IMG/VR virus record: IMGVR_UViG_3300008108_000044
Coordinates: 15,509-79,508 of that record
Length of the DNA stretch: 64,000 nt
DNA from: a virus
Strand: one strand, 5' to 3'
Positions 17,890-28,546 of this stretch are shown here, in pieces (position 1 is the first letter of the stretch; each line of letters begins with the position of its first letter). Made by a program: the position numbers and the translations under genes. The notes below the pieces were generated by a model. That model was not told the DNA's origin and searched no databases. It was given only the letters and a program-made list of their open reading frames with translations.

Positions 17890-20293
17890 CCCAAAGCATG
17901 TAGAAAAATTTATATCTTATTCTTCTGTTCAGGCAAAACGTGGACTTTGGAGGTCCATTCTTGCTGATCGAATTGAGTATGCTAAGCATTTAATTGCTAA
18001 TAATTACAAGGTTGATCCAGATAGAGTAGTAAGTATATTTTTGTCTGCTTGGGATAAATCAACAAAAGATTATCCGTCTCCAAAATATGCTAGACCACAA
18101 AACTCAACAGAGTGGTTATCTTTTAATGAGTATATTTTATATCTTTGGAAGTATTATGTAGAAGACACTCAAGCAAGAAAAAAACCACCAAAAGAACCAG
18201 ATCAAGGCACTACTGAAGATAAAAGTTCTAATAATCAGACACCTCCGCCAGGAAAGGAAAGATTATATGATGGTGTAGGAGAAGGTGATCTTGTTGATGA
18301 AGATGTTGATGAACGTATATTAAAATTATTGGGTATTGATGATGTATTCGATATTGATTATGCAACATATCTGTCTCTGTTAAGAGAAAGAATGGCTGCT
18401 GCCAGAATGTCTGGTAGTAATATACCATCAGAAGAGGCAGAATTATTAACAAATGAATGGAAAAGGGTAAAGGGTAAAGTTGGAAGATTTAGAATCAGGA
18501 AAAAGAATGTAAACACTGAAGGATTCGGTGGTGGAGGACCTTTAGCAATAAGAACTGGATCATTTTTTGTTGCACAAAAAGTAGCATTTCCAGAAAAGAC
18601 AGAACAAGATACTAAATTAGTTGGTCTTGCTGCAATCGCAGAAGATATTGCAGCAATTAGAAAATCTGTTGTGTCAATTGTAGATCTAATGACTCAACAA
18701 TTTTCAACGCTCCGAAAACAAATGGAGCAAGATAGGAGAAGGAGAGAAGGTAAACAACGCGCAGATAAAGAAAATTTATTAGAAAAGAGTGGAAAGGCAG
18801 CATTAGCATTAGCTAAAAAAATGCTGTCTCCTGTTCAAAGTTTACTTGATAGAATTATACAGTTTTTAACTACGGTTTTTCTTGGGCATCTTGTATTAAA
18901 ACTTTGGAGATGGTTGGCAAATCCAGAGAACAAGGCAAAACTGGATACAATTTTAAGGTTTATAAAAGATTGGTGGCCTGCTTTACTTGCTGCTTTTGTT
19001 TTATTTGGCACTTCTGCTGGAAGTTTAATTAGAACTGTTATTGGAACACTAACTAAACTGACTATAACTATGGCAAGAAAGGGCATTCCAATGCTCTTAA
19101 ACTTCTTGCGTAAAAATCCTTATGTTGCTGGTGCATTAGCAGTCACTGGATTAGCGATTGCTGCAAATGAAATTACTGGACAAAAACAAGCAGCTCCACT
19201 CCAAGCAGATCAAAAAGCAAAAGCGCAAAGAGGGGAAGGTGTTTATTTAAGAGGAACAGATACTGGAATAGATAAAAGTCCAAGTGTTGGTGATTTGGGT
19301 CCAGTTACTCCAACTGGAATGATTCAGGGCGCAAGTGGTGGTGGAAAGATTCTTAATCTTAAACCACAACCAACAAAACCCGAACCGATGCAATTGGATG
19401 CGTTTACGGGTGGGGCACAAATAACAGAGGAGTCTGGAGTTCCAATCACTGGTGCAGGTAAAGATACGCAGTTAGTTGCTGCAAGACCAGGTGAAATTAT
19501 CATATCAAAAGAAGCAGTAGACAAGCATGGAGCTAACTTCTTTTTAAGACTTAACAAGTCTGGTGGAGGAACCAACATTCCTAGAATGGTTAATAATGTT
19601 CAACTTGCATCTGGTGGTGGATTGGTCGGTGGTTTTATGGATTGGTGGAATAAAGGTAGAAATGCCAGAGTTCCAAATGAAAATACTGCGAGATTTGGAG
19701 GATTGCAACAGTATCTCAAAAAATCTCCAAACCCAATGACTTTATTTGGGGATGATAAACTTCAAATTACAAAATCAAATAAAGCATTTAAATCTGGTGC
19801 TACTGGGTATAGAGGATGGAATCCATTTAAAGCATTTACTCCTAATATGGTAAAAACTGGTCCAACACCAGCAATTCGTCAAGCTGTTGAAAGACCAATA
19901 AGAGCAATTGCCCCACTTATTCCACAAGCTGGAAGAATGTTAAAAGTTGGTGGTGCTTTAGCTGGACCTTTATTGGATGCTGCTTTTCCAGAACCAGCAT
20001 TTAATCCTACTCTTGATGATGCAAGAAGGATGGGATTCCCAATGGGTCCACAATCTTCTTCTCCAAATAGAGTATTGCCAAAACCCAATACAAATTTATC
20101 TGCAAACATACCAGCACCACCAGAACATAAAATAACCATAACTACAGCAACTATAAATCAAGCAAAAAGAATTAAACAGGATAAATCTGTGGGAATGAGA
20201 GGAGTTAATGCTCCAGAAAAAACATATTATCCAAGTACAACTAGATCAAAACTTGCTTCAATCTACGGAATAAGAGGAGTGGCATTGACATAA
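17879..20293 (+). CDS. Tape-measure/baseplate hub (gp29)-like virion protein
   Basis: Coiled coil, hydrophobic stretch and Gly-rich tail; follows gp26/gp51. Confidence 0.6.
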   Translation: MADNPKHVEKFISYSSVQAKRGLWRSILADRIEYAKHLIANNYKVDPDRVVSIFLSAWDKSTKDYPSPKYARPQNSTEWLSFNEYILYLWKYYVEDTQARKKPPKEPDQGTTEDKSSNNQTPPPGKERLYDGVGEGDLVDEDVDERILKLLGIDDVFDIDYATYLSLLRERMAAARMSGSNIPSEEAELLTNEWKRVKGKVGRFRIRKKNVNTEGFGGGGPLAIRTGSFFVAQKVAFPEKTEQDTKLVGLAAIAEDIAAIRKSVVSIVDLMTQQFSTLRKQMEQDRRRREGKQRADKENLLEKSGKAALALAKKMLSPVQSLLDRIIQFLTTVFLGHLVLKLWRWLANPENKAKLDTILRFIKDWWPALLAAFVLFGTSAGSLIRTVIGTLTKLTITMARKGIPMLLNFLRKNPYVAGALAVTGLAIAANEITGQKQAAPLQADQKAKAQRGEGVYLRGTDTGIDKSPSVGDLGPVTPTGMIQGASGGGKILNLKPQPTKPEPMQLDAFTGGAQITEESGVPITGAGKDTQLVAARPGEIIISKEAVDKHGANFFLRLNKSGGGTNIPRMVNNVQLASGGGLVGGFMDWWNKGRNARVPNENTARFGGLQQYLKKSPNPMTLFGDDKLQITKSNKAFKSGATGYRGWNPFKAFTPNMVKTGPTPAIRQAVERPIRAIAPLIPQAGRMLKVGGALAGPLLDAAFPEPAFNPTLDDARRMGFPMGPQSSSPNRVLPKPNTNLSANIPAPPEHKITITTATINQAKRIKQDKSVGMRGVNAPEKTYYPSTTRSKLASIYGIRGVALT

Positions 20294-20294
20294 T

Positions 20295-23273
20295 ATGGCA
20301 ACCTTAGATCCTAAAAAATTATTAAATTCCTCTAGTGGTTCTGGTGGTAGATTGGCATCACAACCAAAAATGTTTTTGGTTCCAATTAAAAATACTCAAT
20401 ATAAACAAACTGTTGATTTATCTCAGGAAATAGAAGAAACTAATGTATCTGATGCTGATCAAAAAGTAATAGATGATATAAAAGTTATTCGTGAAAAAGT
20501 AGTCAAGATAGAAGATATTCTTAAACAGTCAATTAAAATAAATCTTAAAAAAATACAACTTACTAGGAAGCAGGAAGAGAATCAAAAAAGAAAAAAGCAA
20601 GAAGATAAATTAGAGAAAAAGAAGGATAAATCAGAAAAAGGAGTTCCAAAACTTCCCATTCCTGGAATGAGTTTTATTGATAGAATAAAACAATTTTTAG
20701 GAACAATTTTTACTGGATTTTTAGTACTAAGATTAGTTAAGTTATTACCACAATTGGTTGCTTTTATAGATTTTATAAAACCAATCAGTGATTTTATAAT
20801 GGATTTTGCTGCGGGAATGTTTGACAAGTTTATATGGGCGATTGACACTGGATATAAAATTGTAGATGGCGCTCAAGCCAAAATGAAAGAACTTTTTGGT
20901 GATGATGGAGAGAAAAAATTTAAAGAATTTACAAGCACATTTACTAAGTTTATGAATCTCGCAATCATTGCGGGAATGGCAACGATGGGTGGTAACGATC
21001 CATTACGGGATCGTAGATTTGATGGACCACAGAGAAGAGGATTTGATCGTTCTGGAAGACGAGTATCTAGAGGAGCACAACAAAGATATAGACAAAGATT
21101 TGGTGATCGCAAATATCAAGAAAGATTTGGTAGAAAAAATTTAAATAGACTTAATAAAGGTGCTCCTAAACCAGGACCTATCGATCCACTCTCAAGAGGA
21201 TTGCAGAGAGGCGTTACAAAAATTGCTGGCAAAAACGTAGGAAGATTTGCTGGTAGATTGCCAATTGTTGGTCCATTAATTGATTTTGGAATTAGGACGT
21301 TAATCTTTAAAGAACCTTTAGGAAAAGCAGCAGCTGGTGCTGTTGGTGCTGGTGTTGGTCAAGCACTGGGAACTTGGTTAGGTGGAACTGTCGGTACGGT
21401 TGCTGGATCAGTAGTTCCAATTGTTGGTAATCTTATAGGTGGTGCTGCTGGTGCTACAATTGGTGGGTTATTGGGTGGATTGATCGGAGATCAAATAGGT
21501 GTTAGTCTTTATAATGTTATCAATAAATCAAATTCAACTAAAATTGAAGGACGAGCAGAAGGTGGTTCAGTTGGTGGTAAAAGAGGATATGATCCAGGCA
21601 AAAAGAAAAAAAAGCGTAAAGCAATACCAATTCAAAAAGTAAAAACCGATAAGACAAAACCTGGATTATCTATTGGGCAAGATAAACTTAAAAAGATATA
21701 TGGATCTCAAGCAAGCACTACAAAACCACCACTATCAGTTTTAGTTAAAAGTTCTGAAAAATTAAAGAAACAGGGGTCATCAATTTTTGGTAAGGTGATG
21801 TCTTTGGGAGTTGATTATGTATTGGGAATGAAACCATCAACGTCAACTAAAAAAAGTATTGCTAAAGCTTTTGCTGGACTATTTGCACAAGCAAGTAATC
21901 CTGATATGATGCTTGGAGAACTTACAAGAACGTTCCAAGCTTTAGCTGAAGGTGGTGAAGTTGGAATACAACAAAGAGAGATGTTGAGGAGAAATCAGTC
22001 AATAATTGATTTGATGAGAGGTATAGAAACAGCACTTAATAAAGATTTTAATATACTGAATACCATACTAGGAATTCCTACTCAAGAAACAATACCTCCA
22101 GGGGATGATGGTGGTATACCTGGAGCAAGACTTCGTGATGGATCTAGTGCTCAAATAGAAGCAGATCTTTTGGAATATTTTACCGCACTCTATGGAAAAA
22201 ATGGAGCTATTGGAATTGTTGCAAATTTAAGAAGGGAGAGTGGATATAGAGTAAGCACTCCTGATAATTCTCTTTATGAAGGTATGGCACAATGGAGCAG
22301 AAATGCAAGATGGCCAAGATTTGTTGAATGGGCACGGAACAAAGGATTGGATCCATATAGTAGAAATGCACAAGCACAATTTATTGCAGTTGAACTTAAA
22401 GAATTAGGAACTGCAAGCAGAATATCTGCTGCAAGAAGTCCTGAGGAAGCTGCTAGTCTTTTTTACAATGAATTTGAAAGGGGAGCCCACAGTAGACCTG
22501 TAGTTGGTGCTAGAAATTATGATCCAAATAATCCACATGAACGATTAAATAAATCTTTTATAGGGGATATTTCAGGTAGAAATCCAAACATTGGTAGAAG
22601 AACAAGAGAAGTTGTAGTAAGACCATCACCTCAATCTGTACCTGGTAATTTAATAGATACTGGAATAAAAGATTCATCGGGAAGACCAATTAAACTTAAA
22701 GGTGTTATTGCCAATGCTTTTGTTGATATGGCAGCAGAAGCAAGACGACAAGGAATTAATATAGGATCTGGAATTTCAAATTCATTGAGATCACCAGAAC
22801 ATAATGCGAGAGTTGGTGGCGCAGAAGGATCTAAACATTTAACTGGAGAGGCATTTGATATCAATTGGAATTCTCAAGCTGGAGTTTGGATACGAAATAA
22901 TGCCTCTAGGTTTGGATTTCAATTTAATAGTTATTCTGGAGAATCCACACACTTTGATTGGGTTGGTGGATACACTCCAATAGCAAATAGGAGATCTCCT
23001 AGACCAACTAGAATTGCAGCAGCTCCTGGAACAAAATACAGTTATCAAGGAACAACAATTTTTAAGGGAACTGATGGTAAGTTTTATGAAGAAAATAGTG
23101 GAGGAAATCCACTAGAGGTTGATAAGCGTAATTGGGAATACATAAAACAAAGAGGAAATTTATTGTCGGTGCAACCAAGACAAAACTCAACGGATATAGC
23201 ATCATTACAACAAAAACCATCATATGATCAAGGATCAACAACTCATGTGCTTATTGTGGAAAAAACTGGTTAA
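20295..23273 (+). CDS. Tape-measure-like virion protein with phage tail lysozyme and M15 peptidase domains
   Basis: GIVANLRRESG..GMAQW..FERG (lysozyme); RSPEHN..SKHLTGEAFDI..ESTHF (Zn peptidase M15). Confidence 0.75.
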   Translation: MATLDPKKLLNSSSGSGGRLASQPKMFLVPIKNTQYKQTVDLSQEIEETNVSDADQKVIDDIKVIREKVVKIEDILKQSIKINLKKIQLTRKQEENQKRKKQEDKLEKKKDKSEKGVPKLPIPGMSFIDRIKQFLGTIFTGFLVLRLVKLLPQLVAFIDFIKPISDFIMDFAAGMFDKFIWAIDTGYKIVDGAQAKMKELFGDDGEKKFKEFTSTFTKFMNLAIIAGMATMGGNDPLRDRRFDGPQRRGFDRSGRRVSRGAQQRYRQRFGDRKYQERFGRKNLNRLNKGAPKPGPIDPLSRGLQRGVTKIAGKNVGRFAGRLPIVGPLIDFGIRTLIFKEPLGKAAAGAVGAGVGQALGTWLGGTVGTVAGSVVPIVGNLIGGAAGATIGGLLGGLIGDQIGVSLYNVINKSNSTKIEGRAEGGSVGGKRGYDPGKKKKKRKAIPIQKVKTDKTKPGLSIGQDKLKKIYGSQASTTKPPLSVLVKSSEKLKKQGSSIFGKVMSLGVDYVLGMKPSTSTKKSIAKAFAGLFAQASNPDMMLGELTRTFQALAEGGEVGIQQREMLRRNQSIIDLMRGIETALNKDFNILNTILGIPTQETIPPGDDGGIPGARLRDGSSAQIEADLLEYFTALYGKNGAIGIVANLRRESGYRVSTPDNSLYEGMAQWSRNARWPRFVEWARNKGLDPYSRNAQAQFIAVELKELGTASRISAARSPEEAASLFYNEFERGAHSRPVVGARNYDPNNPHERLNKSFIGDISGRNPNIGRRTREVVVRPSPQSVPGNLIDTGIKDSSGRPIKLKGVIANAFVDMAAEARRQGINIGSGISNSLRSPEHNARVGGAEGSKHLTGEAFDINWNSQAGVWIRNNASRFGFQFNSYSGESTHFDWVGGYTPIANRRSPRPTRIAAAPGTKYSYQGTTIFKGTDGKFYEENSGGNPLEVDKRNWEYIKQRGNLLSVQPRQNSTDIASLQQKPSYDQGSTTHVLIVEKTG

Positions 23274-23295
23274 ATAGTAAATATAACTTCAAAAA

Positions 23296-24597
23296 ATGGC
23301 AGGAAATACTCCAAATACAAAGGCAGAATCTGGTAATATTACTAAGTGTTTGATACACTCTAAAAAATCTGGAACCGCAGATATTTCTGCTGGAATAGTA
23401 GATTTTTCGTATTTTGAAAGTATTTTGGATGCTTCTGTAAGAGTCACTTTAATGATTATTGATACTGGAAATAGTCAAGGAGGAGCAGAAAGTCTTGCTA
23501 TTTTATATAAGTTAAAGTTGACTGGTTTTGAAAAAGTAGAATTAAGTTTTAATGATAATAATGGAAATAAATTGACTTTTAGTGGTAATAATGCGCTTTA
23601 TATTGATAAAATTAGGAATGTGATCTCATCATCAGAAACTACATTTTATGTTCTCGATCTTGTGTCTAAAGAATTATTAGCGAATGATTTTCTAAAAACA
23701 GAAGTCTATCAAAGATATGATGGAGAACTCTCGGCATCTGTTGGTATAATTTTAAAAGAAGTATTAAAATCTAAGAAAAGATATCTTAGTGATCAATCGG
23801 AAAACAAAGTTAATTTTTTTGGATCTGGTAAAAAACCATTCCAGGTAATACCAGAAGTTGCAAAACTTGGAATTCCTAGTGGTTCAAAAAATTCTGCAGG
23901 ATATCTCATATTTGAGACATATGATGGATATAACTTTAAAGGAATTGATAAATTATTTGATGGATCACCTAGAAAAAAATTAATTTATAACAGTTCTACT
24001 TTATTGCCACAAGGATATGATGCAAAAATTATTCAATATACCTCAAAGAAAACTGTAGATACGCAGAAAAATTTAGTAACTGGTGCATTTGGTGCAAGAC
24101 TAGAAACCCGTAATCCAGAAAAACAAATATTCAATCCAAAAGCAAAAGAGGTAAAAAATAAAGATCAAAAGCCAAGAGGTGGAACTGAGTTATCTGAAAT
24201 ACCAGAAGAATTTGTTAGAGATTATGGTGAAACTAGTAAAAGAATTAGTCATGCAATGGATGTTGGAGCATCTCCATCAGGAAATAAAGGAAGACAACTT
24301 GAGAAAAGAAAAGAAGAAAATGTAGAGTCTGCTAAAATTTTAGCTCAATCGGCAATGACTTATAATAAGTTGTTTACATTATCGACAGATATTACTATTG
24401 CTGGAGATTTTAGTTTAAGAGCTGGTCAAATGATTCACTGTGATTTTCCAGAACAATCTTCAAAAAAAGAAACTCAAACAAATAAAGAATTAAGTGGTAT
24501 ATATATCATATCGGACATATGTCATTATTTGACACCAAAACAATGTCTTACTATAATGACTTTGGTTAGAGATTCTTACGGTAGGAAACCAAGATAG
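23296..24597 (+). CDS. Baseplate hub protein, gp27-like
   Basis: YFESIL, FETYDGYNF, GDFSLRAG, SGIYIISDICH, LVRDS. Confidence 0.7.
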   Translation: MAGNTPNTKAESGNITKCLIHSKKSGTADISAGIVDFSYFESILDASVRVTLMIIDTGNSQGGAESLAILYKLKLTGFEKVELSFNDNNGNKLTFSGNNALYIDKIRNVISSSETTFYVLDLVSKELLANDFLKTEVYQRYDGELSASVGIILKEVLKSKKRYLSDQSENKVNFFGSGKKPFQVIPEVAKLGIPSGSKNSAGYLIFETYDGYNFKGIDKLFDGSPRKKLIYNSSTLLPQGYDAKIIQYTSKKTVDTQKNLVTGAFGARLETRNPEKQIFNPKAKEVKNKDQKPRGGTELSEIPEEFVRDYGETSKRISHAMDVGASPSGNKGRQLEKRKEENVESAKILAQSAMTYNKLFTLSTDITIAGDFSLRAGQMIHCDFPEQSSKKETQTNKELSGIYIISDICHYLTPKQCLTIMTLVRDSYGRKPR

Positions 24598-24609
24598 GAT
24601 TCATTTTAG

Positions 24610-24822
24610 ATGGAAAACATTCAACAGCATATTGATCAAGATAAAAAAATTCTTGATGATCCAACAATTTCTCCACAGGCTCGCAGACACACTGAAGAAG
24701 AATTGTCTGCTCTTGAGGCTTACAAAGAAAATCATCCTGGAGAAGATCATGATCCAACTCCACTAGAACTATATTGTGATACTCATCCAGACGCAGCAGA
24801 GTGTAGAGTTTACGACGATTAA
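24610..24822 (+). CDS. cp12: Calvin cycle inhibitor CP12
   Basis: LELYCDTHPDAAECRVYDD; lacks the N-terminal Cys pair, as phage CP12s do. Confidence 0.95.
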   Translation: MENIQQHIDQDKKILDDPTISPQARRHTEEELSALEAYKENHPGEDHDPTPLELYCDTHPDAAECRVYDD

Positions 24823-24826
24823 ATAA

Positions 24827-27187
24827 ATGAATTTAGAAACTATACCATATTATAATATTTTTGAAGATTCATCATTTAAAAGTGGTTGGACAGGAGTAGT
24901 TGCACCAAGAGAATCTTGGAGTACAAATAGTCAAGAAGAGGGTACTAAAGATCCTAAAAAACTTGAAAATTGGGGTAAAAGAGTAAAAGTTAGAATAGAA
25001 GGGGTTCACCCAGATTCAAGACAAATACTTTCTGATGACCAGTTGCCTTGGGCAGAGGTTAGATTGGGGTCAGCGGGATCTGGGCATCAAGGGGCTTGTC
25101 TTATTGGTGGAATAACTCAAGGAACTAGAGTATATGGAATATATGAAAAACCAGAAACAAAAGAACTCCCAATTATTTTGGGATGTTTGGGAGTAAATGA
25201 CGAAGTTCCTCTTTCTAGAACAGTTCCCACCAGTGGATTTGCAAATATCTCTGGATACGTAAATGGTGGTAATGGATTATCTGATCTTGTTGCTGGATAC
25301 AACATTCCTGCAGTTCAAGGTTTGCCATTAGAGGGTGGTTGGCATTCAAATGTCTGGGGAATTTCTGATATCAATTTGATGAAGGAATTTTCATACGGGA
25401 TTGCTTCACCAACAGATTGTGAAAAAGTTCCATTAAATGGAATTATGAAATCAATGCAAGAATTGATTCAAAAGGTTGAAAAGTGGCAAAAGCAACTATC
25501 AGAATGGGAAACAGCAGCACAAAAATGGATTGGTGATAAGCAAGCATGGATTCAACAAAAAACACAAGAAGCACAAATATTCATTACAGAAGGTATTAAA
25601 TGGATATTTAAAGAAATTCGTAAATATGTTGAAGAAGAAATAAACAAAAAAACCAAACCAATTAAAGAAGCATTAAATCCACCAGATAGGGATAAAGCTA
25701 AAGTGGGTCATGATGCCATGATGGAACTTATAACATGTCTGTTTAATAAGTTAATTGGCAATCTATTTAAAATGATTGGTAATTTTTTAAATGGAATGTT
25801 TGATCGTTATATCAATGTGCCAGCATGTGCAGTATCTAATTTTATTGCAAGTTTATTGGGCAATACAATCGGTAGAATTGCTGGTGCTGTAGATGCAATT
25901 ATTAGTTCAGTTTCTGGATTAATTGGTGGTGTTTTTAGTTTAGCGAATTCTATTTTAAACCTTTTAAAAGCACTTGCTGGATTTTTTGCATGTGAGGAAG
26001 ATCAGGAATGTCCAGAGACAAAAGAATGGAATATATTTGAAGGGGGACAACCATCAGCAATTTTTGATATAAATTCAATTGTAGGTGCTGCTCAAGGAAT
26101 TGCATCTGAAGCACTGGGATTGGTTGGTAACGCTACAGGATTAATTGATAGTATTGCTGCTGCTGTTGATTTTGGAGACCTATTTAATAGTGCAGTTAGT
26201 GCTACAAGTGGTTGTAATATTGGTCCAGTATTTTGTGGTCCACCTCAAGTAACATTTTGGGGTGGTGGCGGCAGCGGTGCCAGAGGTAATGTTATAGTTA
26301 GTGCAATTGGAGACATACTTGGTGTCGATGTACGTGCTGGCGGCGGTGGGTATACTAAAGCACCATTTGTTGACATTAGGGATAATTGTGGAAAAGGTGC
26401 TGGTGCATCTGGAACTGCTTTAATTGAACCTGATGGTGGAATAAATCCAGATACTGGAGAACCAACTTATAGGGTTACCAATGTTGTTGTTGATAATCCT
26501 GGCGCTGATTATCCTTCTAGACCTGATGGTGATTTGGGTGGAGATGGTAGAGTTTGGGCACCTGCGGAAAATACCGTTGTAAGAACACCAGATGGTAGAT
26601 GGGAACAATATCCTCCAGGATCCGAAATACCTCAAAGAGAAGGTGATACTATTTTTTCTCCAGAAGATCGGCAAATTTTACAAGGAGGAGTTCCTATAAC
26701 AACTCTTCTTCCAGAAACTACTGCTGATGCAGGTATACCAATTGATAATCAAATTGCTAATGCTAGAGGTATAACAGATATTCCTGGCACGGGAATTAAT
26801 GGTGCTACTGACGTTAGCGCATTTCCAGTCATCAATGTGGGTAGTTATCCAATTATTTTATATCTTTGTGATCTTATTATTGATAATGCTGGAATAAATT
26901 ATTCTGCTGGTGATCAGGTTGTAATTGAACCTAATACTGCTGGTGCTGAGGTTGAAGCTACTTTTGGTCCATTTGGAGTTGTTACTGGAGTTAGGATTAC
27001 TAATCCTGGTAGTGGATTTACAGAAAGACCAGAGATTTACATTAAATCTGAAACTGGTTATAATGTAGTATTACAACCAGTTTTCTGTGTAAGAAGAATT
27101 GGTGATGATACTGAAGGAAGAGATTTAACAGATCAAGAAAAGTTCAATGTTATCAGAGTTGTAGACTGCGTAGGTAGGATCGATTAA
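24827..27187 (+). CDS. gp5: Baseplate hub/spike gp5, N-terminal OB-fold-containing protein
   Basis: RVKVRIEGVHP..LPWA..PIILG; Cys-rich helical middle; GxGY beta repeats. Confidence 0.8.
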   Translation: MNLETIPYYNIFEDSSFKSGWTGVVAPRESWSTNSQEEGTKDPKKLENWGKRVKVRIEGVHPDSRQILSDDQLPWAEVRLGSAGSGHQGACLIGGITQGTRVYGIYEKPETKELPIILGCLGVNDEVPLSRTVPTSGFANISGYVNGGNGLSDLVAGYNIPAVQGLPLEGGWHSNVWGISDINLMKEFSYGIASPTDCEKVPLNGIMKSMQELIQKVEKWQKQLSEWETAAQKWIGDKQAWIQQKTQEAQIFITEGIKWIFKEIRKYVEEEINKKTKPIKEALNPPDRDKAKVGHDAMMELITCLFNKLIGNLFKMIGNFLNGMFDRYINVPACAVSNFIASLLGNTIGRIAGAVDAIISSVSGLIGGVFSLANSILNLLKALAGFFACEEDQECPETKEWNIFEGGQPSAIFDINSIVGAAQGIASEALGLVGNATGLIDSIAAAVDFGDLFNSAVSATSGCNIGPVFCGPPQVTFWGGGGSGARGNVIVSAIGDILGVDVRAGGGGYTKAPFVDIRDNCGKGAGASGTALIEPDGGINPDTGEPTYRVTNVVVDNPGADYPSRPDGDLGGDGRVWAPAENTVVRTPDGRWEQYPPGSEIPQREGDTIFSPEDRQILQGGVPITTLLPETTADAGIPIDNQIANARGITDIPGTGINGATDVSAFPVINVGSYPIILYLCDLIIDNAGINYSAGDQVVIEPNTAGAEVEATFGPFGVVTGVRITNPGSGFTERPEIYIKSETGYNVVLQPVFCVRRIGDDTEGRDLTDQEKFNVIRVVDCVGRID

Positions 27188-27777
27188 TGGCAAAACCAAA
27201 GCTTCACAATCCAGTAGAACTGGGAAGTAATTATGGTCACTTAAAACTTGGACATATTAATACAAATAATACTGTCTCTGGTGTTCTTCTAAGAAATGCT
27301 ATGCCAGGTATGGCAGCAGAGCAGTATCTTATGTTTATGTCAACTGGTAAAATGGCAGGAAGTACGATAAATCGTTGTCCTGGTGTTTATCAAATTCATT
27401 GTGGAGAAAAACCAGTAAATAATACCTCATTTATGTTGAGGGCAGCTTCGGGGGATATTGTTATCTCCGCACCAGTTGGAAGAATTAGGTTAGAAGCAAG
27501 AAATATTGATTTAATTGCAAATGGTGGTAATAATAAAAGCGGACACATTAACATTGAATCGAATGAAAAAATTACCATCAGATCAAAAAATGTAGAAATT
27601 AATGGAGATTCTGTTTGTAAATTTTTATCATCTGGAACATGTGAAATTGTTGGCAGTGGCGCATTAAATTTTTATGGTGGATTAATTGATTGTGCAGATT
27701 CTTGCACAACATTAAAACCATCCAAAGGTACATCAAAATTTGAAGATCAGCAAAGAACTGGAGGATTTTTGGCATGA
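27187..27777 (+). CDS. Spike beta-helix (gp5 C-terminal-like) protein
   Basis: Repeated short beta strands (GDIVISA, RIRLEARNIDL). Confidence 0.6.
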   Translation: MAKPKLHNPVELGSNYGHLKLGHINTNNTVSGVLLRNAMPGMAAEQYLMFMSTGKMAGSTINRCPGVYQIHCGEKPVNNTSFMLRAASGDIVISAPVGRIRLEARNIDLIANGGNNKSGHINIESNEKITIRSKNVEINGDSVCKFLSSGTCEIVGSGALNFYGGLIDCADSCTTLKPSKGTSKFEDQQRTGGFLA

Positions 27778-28544
27778 AAGTACCCGATTTAACAGTTAAA
27801 AAAACCTTCTATTGTGGAGTAGGTGATCCAAGTTTGGTTCTTGGTAAAGGACCACTTCAAACTAGAGGAGGTTTTTTTGCTGAAGGTCCAGCTATTATTG
27901 GATCTATCCCACCATTTTTAACTGCAACTTTGATGGTGGGACCATGTGAAAATTCGGATATGATCAAACCTCCCTTGATTCCAGGGGCATTATGCACGGG
28001 AATTAATAATCCATATTCACTTGCTGTTGATGGTCCAGCGGCATTTCTGGGAGTAGTCGATACAAACGCTAACGTTAATGTCGGTGGAAATTTAATCACT
28101 CAAGGAGAAGTAATGTCTCGTTGTGGTGGACATATTCTCTCTGCTAAAAAGAATTTTGACATTCCTCATCCAACAAAAGAGGGATGGAGACTTCGCCATA
28201 CTTGTCCAGAAGGTCCATCAAATGATGTATACATAAGGGGTAAACTTAAAAACAGTAATGTAATTGATCTTCCAGATTACTGGGCAGAATTAGTAGAGAC
28301 TGATTCTATTACTGTATCAATTACGCCAGTAGGAACTCATCAAAATATTATTGTCCAATCTATAAAAGACAATAAAGTTTATCTTCACTCATCTACGCCA
28401 ATTAACTGTCATTATCATGTTTTTGGTGAACGTAAAGATGGAGAGAAGTTAATTCCAGAATATCAAGGGTCTACACCAGCAGATTATCCTGGTAATAATG
28501 ATGAATATTCTGTATCTGGATATCACTATGATCGTAAAAAATAA
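27774..28544 (+). CDS. Virion structural protein
   Basis: C-terminal KNFDIPHP..EGP..LPDYW..GERKD domain shared with the next gene. Confidence 0.65.
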   Translation: MKVPDLTVKKTFYCGVGDPSLVLGKGPLQTRGGFFAEGPAIIGSIPPFLTATLMVGPCENSDMIKPPLIPGALCTGINNPYSLAVDGPAAFLGVVDTNANVNVGGNLITQGEVMSRCGGHILSAKKNFDIPHPTKEGWRLRHTCPEGPSNDVYIRGKLKNSNVIDLPDYWAELVETDSITVSITPVGTHQNIIVQSIKDNKVYLHSSTPINCHYHVFGERKDGEKLIPEYQGSTPADYPGNNDEYSVSGYHYDRKK

Positions 28545-28546
28545 CA

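Noticed and set aside
24610-24822. CP12 among baseplate genes as a novelty
   Set aside because: CP12 is a well-known cyanophage auxiliary gene; it is useful here only as host evidence.
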